From assembly GCA_049298815.1 (NCBI GenBank), contig JBAQWH010000603.1, positions 1 through 46,683 on the forward strand: a stretch of DNA of 46,683 bases, read 5' to 3'. Source of the stretch: Thermoanaerobaculia bacterium. GTDB lineage: Bacteria > Acidobacteriota > Thermoanaerobaculia > Gp7-AA8. The position numbers were made by a program, and so were the translations under genes. The stretch's first letter is position 1; each line of letters opens with the position of its first letter. The notes beneath the pieces were generated by a model. It saw only the letters and a list, made by a program, of their open reading frames with translations. It was not told the DNA's origin and ran no database searches. Shown piece after piece: positions 8,066 to 15,687 of the stretch.

Positions 8066-10888
8066 TCATGCGAGCGTCCAGCGCACCGTGAAGAGCTCTC
8101 TCGTCGAAACGCGCTGCTGGAGCTGCCGCTCGATCTCGCCGATGAGGGTGTCGCGCTTCTCGTCGATCGTGTCCTGGGCGTCGAAGAGCTCCGCCCGCTT
8201 TTTCTTCTTCTTCCCATCGAGTTCCTTCAGCTTCTTCTGGCCGGCGAGCTTCTCTGCGAGCGTGCCGCTCCCCGCCGTCGCCCGGCGGATGTCGCGGATC
8301 TCCCGATCCAGTTCCTTCAGCTCCTGCTCAAGGCCGAACTTCAGGTCCTCGGCCCACAGTTCGAGCTTCGCGACCTCTTCGTCGAAGTGCTTCGCATTCC
8401 GCGACTCAACGGACGCGACGTGCTCAGCGACGCGCGCCTTCGTCGCGTCGTCGAGCGCGCCAGTCGGCGTCGCGGCGGAGGCGTCCCCGCCGACCTTCGC
8501 GTCGAGTGCGAAGAGCTTGCGCGCGAGGTCCTCGTCGAGAAGCAGTCCGTCGTCGCTCGCGGCGATGACGTCGAGCCGGTCCTCCGCTTCGAGCGAGGTG
8601 ATCGTCGTCTTCACGACGCGCAGCCATCCGCTCTTCCCGATGAACGGCTCAAGCGCGCTGATCTTCGCGCCGTAGCCCGAGAGGTCGAACCGGACGTGCG
8701 CTAACGGAAGGTTGCGCTCCGCAGCGCGCTCAATGAGGGTCCTCGCGAGCGGATGATCCGCGCGGTAGAAGATCTCGTTCGCCGCCTCGGCACTCTTCCA
8801 GTCGAAGTTGTACGTTCCCGCAGGGGCGATTGCGCCGCGGTAGCGGAAGCGATTGCCGTCCCACTCGGCGTCGCCGTCGAGCTCCGCGTGCGTGAGGTCG
8901 CGGAGCAGTTCCTGGTGCGCGGTGAGCGCACGTTCCGACTCCGCCATCCGGAGCCTGATCCGCGCGTGGACGTCGACGTCGAAGTTCTCGAGGAGGTTCT
9001 TCCGCGTCTCGTCCATCCTCGACGCGATCTGTTCGTCGAGTTCGGCCTGGATCTTGTCGAACGCCGTCTGGATCTCCTCGGCGGTGCGGCACTCCTGGTA
9101 CACCTGTGCGATGCGCCGCTCGATGTCGACGCCGGATTCCAGTGCGCCGAGGACCTCGTCGCTCGCGCCGAACACGCCGTCGAAGAGCTTGAACTTCTCC
9201 GCGAGGAGCTTGTAGACGCGCTGATCCGCTTCGTTGCGCTTGTTCAAAAAGTTCACGACGACGACGTCGTGCTTCTGGCCGTAGCGGTGGCAGCGGCCGA
9301 TGCGCTGCTCGATGCGCTGCGGGTTCCACGGGAGGTCGTAGTTCACGACCAGGGAGCAGAACTGGAGGTTCACGCCTTCGGCCGCCGACTCCGTCGCGAT
9401 GAGGAGCGTCGCGCGGTCGCGGAACTCCTCGACGATCGCGGCCTTCGTGTCGGCCGACTTCGAGCCGGAGATGAGGTCGGAGTTCGCGTGCCGCTGCTTC
9501 CATGCTTCGTAGATCGCACGGGAGCCGGGGTCCGTGTTCGTCCCGTTCATGAGGACGATCTCTCCGGCGTAGCCCTGCTTGCCGAGGAAGTCCTGCAGGT
9601 ACGCCTGCGTGCGGCGGGACTCCGTGAAGATCACGGCCTTCCGCGGCGCGCCGAGGTCCGCGGCCTTCCGGAACGCGGCGTCGAGGGCTTTCAGGAGCGC
9701 GTCACCCTTCGCGTTGTGGTGGATCTCCTCGGCGAGCGCGGCGTACGTCCGGAGCTCCCCGAGCTCCTGCTTCAGTGATGCGCGATCGATCACGAGCTCG
9801 TCGCCGTTCTCGTTCTCCGTCCACTCGTCCTCGAGTTCCTTGATCGCCTCGAAGTCTTCCTCGTCGAACGGTCGGATCTCCTTCTCCATCGCTTCGAGCC
9901 GCTTGATGAGGCTCCGTAGCGTCCCGGCGATCGCGAAGGTCGACGACGCGAGGAGCCGGCGGAGGATGAGCGTCATGAGCGTGCGCTGGCTCGCGGGGAG
10001 CGCATGGAGCACCTCGCGCTGGAGGTACGCCGAGACCTGCTCGTAGAGCTGGTGTTCCTTCTCGGACGGCAAGAACTCCTGCGTGATCGGGACGCGCTGC
10101 GTGAAGCGGATGTACTCGAGGACCTGCCTGCGGAGTGTCCGGCGACAGAGCTGCGTGAGCCGCCGCTTCAGCTCCGTGTTCCGCGCGACTTCGTCGTTCC
10201 CGCGGAGGAACTGCTCGCGAAAGGAGATCGGGTCGCCGAACACGTGCTCGTCGATGACGGAGACCAGGCCGTAGAGCTCCATGAGGGAGTTCTGGAGCGG
10301 TGTCGCGGTGAGGAGCACCGTCGGCCGCCCCTTGATCGCCCCGACGATCGCGTTCGCCATCTTGTTCTGGGGCTTGTAGACGTTCCGGAGGCGGTGCGCC
10401 TCGTCGATGACGACGAGGTCCCAATCGACCTGCCTCACTTCTTTCGCTTTGGCAGAAACGAAGTGATACGAGGCGATCACGATCCGGCCGAGAAGATCGA
10501 ACGGATTTCCCGGCCAGAGTTTTCTCGCCGCATTGAAGTTCGCGGATTCGAGGATCGTCGTCGGGATCGAGAACTTCTCCTCGATCTCCTGCTGCCACTG
10601 CTTCCGGAGCGTCGCTGGGACGATGAGGAGGATCTTCCGCTTCCGCTCGGCCCACCGCTGCGCGATGACGATCCCCGCCTCGATCGTCTTCCCGAGGCCG
10701 ACCTCGTCGGCGAGGAGGACGCCCTTCGTGAAGGGCGAGCGGACGGCGAAGAGCGCCGCGTCGACCTGGTGCGGGTTCAGGTCGACCCGGGCGTTCGCCA
10801 TCGAGCGCGAGAGGTTCTCGACCGTCCCGGGAGGGCCTTGCAGGGTCAGGGCATGCGCCCAGTAGGCGCTATGGAAGGGGGTCTTCAT
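8066..10888 (-). CDS. SNF2-family helicase with a long coiled-coil C-terminal extension
   Basis: Motifs 'LLADEVGLGKTIEAG' (I), 'LVVIDEAHRLRN' (II), 'LLTATPLQNS' (III) and 'GVNLQ...YDLPWNPQRIEQRIGRCHRYGQK' (V-VI). There is a ~330-aa C-terminal extension ending in a Lys/Glu-rich coiled coil. Confidence 0.88.
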   Translation of the reverse strand: MKTPFHSAYWAHALTLQGPPGTVENLSRSMANARVDLNPHQVDAALFAVRSPFTKGVLLADEVGLGKTIEAGIVIAQRWAERKRKILLIVPATLRKQWQQEIEEKFSIPTTILESANFNAARKLWPGNPFDLLGRIVIASYHFVSAKAKEVRQVDWDLVVIDEAHRLRNVYKPQNKMANAIVGAIKGRPTVLLTATPLQNSLMELYGLVSVIDEHVFGDPISFREQFLRGNDEVARNTELKRRLTQLCRRTLRRQVLEYIRFTQRVPITQEFLPSEKEHQLYEQVSAYLQREVLHALPASQRTLMTLILRRLLASSTFAIAGTLRSLIKRLEAMEKEIRPFDEEDFEAIKELEDEWTENENGDELVIDRASLKQELGELRTYAALAEEIHHNAKGDALLKALDAAFRKAADLGAPRKAVIFTESRRTQAYLQDFLGKQGYAGEIVLMNGTNTDPGSRAIYEAWKQRHANSDLISGSKSADTKAAIVEEFRDRATLLIATESAAEGVNLQFCSLVVNYDLPWNPQRIEQRIGRCHRYGQKHDVVVVNFLNKRNEADQRVYKLLAEKFKLFDGVFGASDEVLGALESGVDIERRIAQVYQECRTAEEIQTAFDKIQAELDEQIASRMDETRKNLLENFDVDVHARIRLRMAESERALTAHQELLRDLTHAELDGDAEWDGNRFRYRGAIAPAGTYNFDWKSAEAANEIFYRADHPLARTLIERAAERNLPLAHVRFDLSGYGAKISALEPFIGKSGWLRVVKTTITSLEAEDRLDVIAASDDGLLLDEDLARKLFALDAKVGGDASAATPTGALDDATKARVAEHVASVESRNAKHFDEEVAKLELWAEDLKFGLEQELKELDREIRDIRRATAGSGTLAEKLAGQKKLKELDGKKKKKRAELFDAQDTIDEKRDTLIGEIERQLQQRVSTRELFTVRWTLA

Positions 10889-11028
10889 GTCTGTGGTTGT
10901 CGGGCGACCGCGCCGAGCTACCTTGAGAGAATGCCCTGAATCGCGTCGGGACGCCAGACGGAGACGTATGGGCGCGTCGACAGCGCGCCCGGGCGTGTGG
11001 TTCTCTTGAACGGAACCCTGCCTTCGCC

Positions 11029-12507
11029 ATGACTCCCACCGACCTCGCGAACTACGTCCGCTGCCCCCACCGCGTCTTCCTGGACAAGCACGGGGATCCG
11101 GCCGCGAAACTGCCTCCGAACGCCTTTACGGAGCTCCTGTGGGCCGGAGGGCTGTCCCACGAAGCGACCATCATCGACGGCCTCGAGGTCGCGACCGTGG
11201 ACACGACTCTGTCGTATCCGGAACGGGCCGCCGCGACGCACGCGCTCATGGCGCAAGGCGTCGCCGCGATCTACCACGGGATCCTCATCCTCGACGACCT
11301 GCGCGGCGAACCGGATCTCCTCGTGCGCTCCGACCGGCTCGTCACGGAGTTCGGGGCGTACGGCTACAACCCGGTCGACGTGAAGAACGGGAAGGCATTC
11401 TCAGACGCGAAGAAGTCGAAACCGAAGGCACCGTATGCAATGCAGCTCTGCGCGTACGCCGAGATGCTCCAGTTCGTGCAGGGCTGCCGACCGCCCATCG
11501 GGCAGATCATCGATGCCGACGGTGTGTGGAACTCGTACGACCTCGACGCCTTCTGGCCGGAGTACGAGCGGCTGCGCGATGAAGCGGTGGCGACGATCAA
11601 GAGGACGAAGACGACGGAGCCGGGCTGGCAGGCGGCGTGTGCGTCGTGCGCGTGGCAGCAGCACTGCTGGGCGCAGCTCGTCGCGACGGACGACCTCACG
11701 ACCGTCGACGGCGTCGGCGCGAGCTACAAGGAGCGTCTCTACACGATCGGGGTGCGGACGGCGAGCGAGCTTGCCGCGGCCGACCCAGAGACGCTCGTCG
11801 GGGTGAAGGGCATCAAGCTCGCGCGGGCGCAGGTCTGGACGCGAAAGGCGCGCGTGCAGAAGAGCGGGAGTCCCCTCTTCCTCCAAACGTGGACGCCGCC
11901 GGACGTCGACTTCGAGGTGTCGTACGACATCGAGGACTACTCGCTCGATCCGTACGTCTACCTCCACGGACTCCTCGTCCGACCGCGTGGCGCACGCCTC
12001 TTCGGGAGCGACGCCCACACGGACGCGGACTTCGGCACCTTCGAGCCCGTCTGCGCGACGTGGCCCGAGACGGAGGAGGCGGTGTGGAACGCGTTCCTCG
12101 CCAAGGTCGCCGACATCGACGCCCGGGGAACATACGTCGTCTACGTCTACTCGCACCACGAACGGACGACGTTGAAGCGCCTCGCCGCAAAGTACGGAAC
12201 CTCGGACGCACTCGACCGGTTCGTGAAGGCGTTCGTCGATCTCGAGCGCGTCATGAAGCGATCCGTCGTGATGCCCACCGACAGTTCGTCCTTAAAGGCG
12301 TACGCACGGTTCGCCGGCTTCAACTGGCGCGACGAGGATCCCGGCGGCTCGCAGAGCCTCGCGTGGTGGAACGCGTACTGGACGGACGCCGCCGCGAAGG
12401 CAGAGCTACGCGAACGCGTGATCCGCTACAACGAAGACGACGTCCGCGCAAGCTTCGTCGTGCGGGACTGGCTCGCGCGAACCAGCACTGCGTCAGGTTC
12501 GACTTAG
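11029..12507 (+). CDS. TM0106-family RecB/Cas4-like nuclease with a C-terminal RNase H-like exonuclease domain
   Basis: The N-terminus is 'DLANYVRCPHRVFLD'. The PD-(D/E)xK-like core is 'EPDLLVR...YNPVDVKNGK'. Cys12 plus 'CASCAWQQHC' resemble a Cas4-type Fe-S cluster. The C-terminal 'YDIEDYS...YVYSHHERT...YNEDDV' resembles a DEDD exonuclease. Confidence 0.7.
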   Translation: MTPTDLANYVRCPHRVFLDKHGDPAAKLPPNAFTELLWAGGLSHEATIIDGLEVATVDTTLSYPERAAATHALMAQGVAAIYHGILILDDLRGEPDLLVRSDRLVTEFGAYGYNPVDVKNGKAFSDAKKSKPKAPYAMQLCAYAEMLQFVQGCRPPIGQIIDADGVWNSYDLDAFWPEYERLRDEAVATIKRTKTTEPGWQAACASCAWQQHCWAQLVATDDLTTVDGVGASYKERLYTIGVRTASELAAADPETLVGVKGIKLARAQVWTRKARVQKSGSPLFLQTWTPPDVDFEVSYDIEDYSLDPYVYLHGLLVRPRGARLFGSDAHTDADFGTFEPVCATWPETEEAVWNAFLAKVADIDARGTYVVYVYSHHERTTLKRLAAKYGTSDALDRFVKAFVDLERVMKRSVVMPTDSSSLKAYARFAGFNWRDEDPGGSQSLAWWNAYWTDAAAKAELRERVIRYNEDDVRASFVVRDWLARTSTASGST

Positions 12508-12875
12508 TCCCGAGGAGTGAGCGTCGAGCTTCCTACCCACGAACGGCCTCGCCGCTCCACTGCACACGAGAAGTCCGTACGCAACATCGCGCCGAACGAG
12601 TTCTCGGAATCGACATACCCAAGGAGCTCGTAGGCCCGTCCGTCGTCCTTCTTGAACCCGTAGTCACGAAGCCGTTCGAGGTCTTTCAGGTTTGGGAAGA
12701 CGGCGGTCGCCGGGGCCTTCAGTTTCGCCGCGGTGAAGTCCCTGCAGACGCGATACACATCCGCCCTCACGGAGAGCTGTTCCGGCATGAGCCGATAGGC
12801 GACGGCACCGGCAACGACGATGAGTGCAAGGCCGGCGAGGAGATACGCCACTCTGCGGGGATCGATGCGTGGCAC
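12504..12875 (-). CDS. Hypothetical N-terminally membrane-anchored protein (start uncertain: GTG 12875, 12899 or 12851)
   Basis: After 'PRIDPRR' comes a hydrophobic helix 'VAYLLAGLALIVVAGAVAY', then a ~95-aa soluble domain. The N-terminal 60 codons of the track ORF overlap the upstream gene and look non-coding. Its stop overlaps the convergent RecB-like gene stop (12504-12507). Confidence 0.45.
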   Translation of the reverse strand: MPRIDPRRVAYLLAGLALIVVAGAVAYRLMPEQLSVRADVYRVCRDFTAAKLKAPATAVFPNLKDLERLRDYGFKKDDGRAYELLGYVDSENSFGAMLRTDFSCAVERRGRSWVGSSTLTPRD

Positions 12876-12952
12876 GACACAATGAGGAGGTGCCTTCACC
12901 GTACGCGTGCATCGAGTGAGGGACAAGCGTACGACGGCGCCGAATAGAGCGG

Positions 12953-13432
12953 TCACACTCCGTGTGACGGCGTGGACAGCGGGCGAAGCTCGTAGATCTC
13001 GATCGTCAGCGCGTGCGCCCGCGCCGCCCATTCGATGATCGCGCGCGAGCTCGGCTGCGCGCACTTCTTCGCCGCGCCGGGTTTCGCGATGAACACGAGC
13101 CGCTGAACCGCGTGTCCGGCGTCCTGCGCCATGACCGCCTTCAGGATGTCGCGTTCGAACTCGGAGTTCGGGTTCCGGAGGCCCATCGCGATCTCCACGA
13201 TCGTCGCATCGTCGGGGAAGTAGTAGTCGACGCAGAGGCCGTTCTCGCCGCAGATCTTCCGTTCGGCGAAGTCTTGGCCAAAGACATCCGCCGCCCGACG
13301 CCGCAACTCCTGCATGAAGGCCGCGGTGTCCTTATCGCCGACGCTCGGACCCTTGACCTCGAAGAGCGTCGGACGCTCAGTGGCCAGTTGCTCGGCGAGG
13401 CGCAGTAGGCGCGCGGCACGATCGTCCACCAT
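12953..13432 (-). CDS. Hypothetical protein (possible degenerate PD-(D/E)xK fold)
   Basis: Ordinary, non-repetitive amino-acid composition. ATG 13432 is preceded by AGGAG (13450-13446), which overlaps the upstream stop. The segment 'CVDYYFPDDATIVEIAMGL' is only weakly nuclease-like. Confidence 0.55.
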   Translation of the reverse strand: MVDDRAARLLRLAEQLATERPTLFEVKGPSVGDKDTAAFMQELRRRAADVFGQDFAERKICGENGLCVDYYFPDDATIVEIAMGLRNPNSEFERDILKAVMAQDAGHAVQRLVFIAKPGAAKKCAQPSSRAIIEWAARAHALTIEIYELRPLSTPSHGV

Positions 13433-13442
13433 TCCGGATCGT

Positions 13443-13835
13443 TCACTCCTCGTCGACGCGACGGTATCCGCGCCCCTCACAGTCGGGGCAGTGGACGAGC
13501 ATCGGTTCCGTCCGCGGTTCTCCGGTGTAGACGTTGAGGTGGTGCCGCTCCGGCGGAATGCCGCCGGCGTTCAGTCGCGCCGTAACGGCTTCGGCGTCGG
13601 ACGTCATCCCCTTCCCATTGCAGCGACGGCACAGGAGCAGGAGCACGTCCGGCCTCGTGGAAATGTAGAAGAAGTTCGGACCGTCGGGGTAGGGCGGCGG
13701 CAACGGAACGAGGACGGCCCGTTCGGGCGATGCGGCCGCACGCTGCGGTGGATCGGTAGGTACACGGCCGGCGGGTTTCGCACGGCGAGGCTCCGCCGGA
13801 TTCGATCCGAACAGCGTACGCAACCAATCCCACAC
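13443..13835 (-). CDS. Hypothetical protein with a DnaJ-type CXXCXGXG zinc finger
   Basis: Two CXXCXGXG motifs ('CRRCNGKG' and 'CPDCEGRG') follow a Pro-rich N-terminal region. The start is GTG at 13835. Confidence 0.55.
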   Translation of the reverse strand: MWDWLRTLFGSNPAEPRRAKPAGRVPTDPPQRAAASPERAVLVPLPPPYPDGPNFFYISTRPDVLLLLCRRCNGKGMTSDAEAVTARLNAGGIPPERHHLNVYTGEPRTEPMLVHCPDCEGRGYRRVDEE

Positions 13836-13923
13836 ACCGTCATCCTACGCGATGCGCACGTGGTCGATGCGAACCTGGGAAGAGAAAAAGAGTGAGCTGA
13901 CCAGGCGTCACCCTAGAGTGCAC

Positions 13924-14229
13924 TTACTTGATAGCGGCGAGTGCGGACGCCGCGATGGCCATCGCGCCCAGCGCGAGAAGCGCCCCGAGGGCCATGAGCT
14001 TGAGAACGCGCGACCCTGCGCGTTTCTCGGATTTCAGAAGGCGGGCGCGGAGGTCGTTGCCGACCGCCGCCGCCTTCGTCTCCACGCCGTTGCAGGCGAA
14101 ACAGCGCGCGATGAGACTCGAGAGCGGGCCGTCGTCGATGATGAGGTTCTTGAGGTACTCCTCGCGGCCACGCCCGAGACAGGCGGAGCAGAGACGCGAA
14201 GAGCGGACCTCCATCCAGACGCCGGTCAT
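13924..14229 (-). CDS. Hypothetical tail-anchored zinc-ribbon protein
   Basis: It has 'CSAC...CFAC' (a four-Cys ribbon) and a C-terminal hydrophobic helix 'LMALGALLALGAMAIAASALAAI'. ATG 14229 overlaps the upstream stop as ATGA (14226-14229). Confidence 0.55.
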   Translation of the reverse strand: MTGVWMEVRSSRLCSACLGRGREEYLKNLIIDDGPLSSLIARCFACNGVETKAAAVGNDLRARLLKSEKRAGSRVLKLMALGALLALGAMAIAASALAAIK

Positions 14230-14663
14230 CGGGAAGGGACGTGAAGGACGAGGTACGTGGGCAGCGGCCGGAAGACGCCGCGATCCATCTCGATGGATTC
14301 GAGGAGTTCGTCCTGCGCTTCGAGGTAGCTGCGCCCGCTGTCCATCGCGGACGGACGGGTGTCGATGACCCATTCGTTCTCGTCGGGGACGACGCGACGC
14401 GCGAGTCGTTCTTCCCGCAGGGCGCGGCGGTACTGCTCCCGGCGCTCGGCCTGGCTGCGCGGAAGGCCTTCGGAGCGAGGGAGCCGCTGATAGCGCAGAC
14501 CCTGGGTCGCACGTCGAAGGTTGTCGATGTGCGCGTACGCCTCACGGGGCGTCATGGACCGGAAGGATCGTCCTTCATCGACCGAACGGAACTCCGCCGT
14601 TCGGGAAAACATCGCAGCGAGCTTCTGATAGAGCTCGCACTGTGCCTGGGTGGGCATGAGCAT
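14226..14663 (-). CDS. Hypothetical protein (145 aa), first gene of the small-protein operon
   Basis: Non-repetitive composition, ATG start at 14663 or 14657, and ATGA-coupled to the next gene. I recognise no family motif. Confidence 0.5.
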   Translation of the reverse strand: MLMPTQAQCELYQKLAAMFSRTAEFRSVDEGRSFRSMTPREAYAHIDNLRRATQGLRYQRLPRSEGLPRSQAERREQYRRALREERLARRVVPDENEWVIDTRPSAMDSGRSYLEAQDELLESIEMDRGVFRPLPTYLVLHVPSR

Positions 14664-14820
14664 GGGGGTTAGTTGTCAACGAACCGGGCGTCACCCGGTG
14701 TGTGTTGGGTGGCGTTGAAGCTGGTCAGCTCTGGCGTGAGGCTATAGCGAAGCGCCGACAATCCGGTCGTCGTCGCGGAGCCGCATCGAGACAGGGTTGG
14801 ATCGCCTTGGATTGCGTGGG

Positions 14821-15687
14821 CTACGCGGAGGCGGCGCGGAGGAGACGCTCGAGGATGACGCCCTTGAGGCTCGCCGGATCCGCCTTCGGCAGCAATACGC
14901 GGATCGCCGCGCGGCCGAGTTCCTCCTTGAGACGCGCAGCCGCTTCGTCGCCCGACGAGTCGTGATCGAAGAGGATGCAGACCCGCGAGAAGCGACTGAG
15001 GAGCGCGCGCTGCGCTGCGGTGATCCGGCAGCCGAGCGATGCAACCACATGCGGAAAGCCGACCTGGAACACGCCGAGCGCGTCGAAGATGCCTTCGACG
15101 AGGATGACGGTCTCCGCGCCGGAAGCCTTCACCCGGTGCAGGTTGAAGAGGAGCTCACGACGGCGAACGCCGCGCTGGAAGCAGTAGCGGGGTTCGACGG
15201 CGTCATCGACGGCACGGCCGATGTGGCCGACGAGGGTGCCGTCTGGAGCGTGGAGCGGCGCGATGATCCGTCCGCCGAGCGGAGGCCGGCCGCGGAAGTA
15301 GCCGAGTCCGAAGTGCCGCGCCGTCGCCTCGTGGATCCCCCGCTCGAGGAAGTACGGATGCGTGGGATCGAGCGGCGTGAGCGGGACGACCGGCCCAATG
15401 CGTTCGGGACGTTCGTGGGCAGTTGGGCGGACGACGTCGAGCGGATCCTCTCCACGCATCCGCGCGACGAACTCCTCGATGCTCCCGCCCTCCCCGCACG
15501 CGAAGCAGAAGAAGCCGCGACCGGGGGTGAGCGCGAACGAGGAGACCCGCGTTCCGTGATGGAGCGGGCATGGCCCGCGCCACTGCGAGCCGTGCCAGGT
15601 GAGGTCGAGGCGGAACTCCTCGATGAGGTTCTCCCATGCTTCACGCGTCACGGGAGTCTCCGATGCCGACAAACCTCCGACGGTCAT
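14821..15687 (-). CDS. DnaG-like primase-related protein (CHC2 zinc finger plus TOPRIM)
   Basis: CHC2 finger 'CPLHHGTRVSSFALTPGRGFFCFACGEGG'. TOPRIM Glu in 'VILVEGIFDAL' and DxD in 'ILFDHDSSGDEAA'. The start is ATG 15687, with alternatives GTG 15651 and the track start 15735. All of them overlap the end of the upstream ATPase gene. Confidence 0.75.
   Translation of the reverse strand: MTVGGLSASETPVTREAWENLIEEFRLDLTWHGSQWRGPCPLHHGTRVSSFALTPGRGFFCFACGEGGSIEEFVARMRGEDPLDVVRPTAHERPERIGPVVPLTPLDPTHPYFLERGIHEATARHFGLGYFRGRPPLGGRIIAPLHAPDGTLVGHIGRAVDDAVEPRYCFQRGVRRRELLFNLHRVKASGAETVILVEGIFDALGVFQVGFPHVVASLGCRITAAQRALLSRFSRVCILFDHDSSGDEAAARLKEELGRAAIRVLLPKADPASLKGVILERLLRAASA

Noticed and set aside
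3604-10888. Calling SNF2, methylase and helicase a DISARM system.
   Set aside because: No DrmA, DrmB (DUF1998) or DrmC (PLD) gene is present. The third gene has Type III Res motifs and a C-terminal PD-(D/E)xK nuclease, so I describe it as Type III R-M plus SNF2.
8053-12947. Many 200-440-aa ORFs inside or antisense to the SNF2 and RecB-like genes (for example 8057-8704, 8753-9778, 9702-10655, 10004-10939, 11401-12159, 11637-12947).
   Set aside because: Same argument as above: no motifs, biased composition, and complete overlap with well-supported genes.
13913-14545. A 210-aa minus-strand ORF and a 146-aa plus-strand ORF (13928-14368) overlapping the two small genes.
   Set aside because: They conflict with the ATGA-coupled pair 14226-14663 and 13924-14229. 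That pair has more protein-like composition and contains a zinc ribbon and a TM helix.
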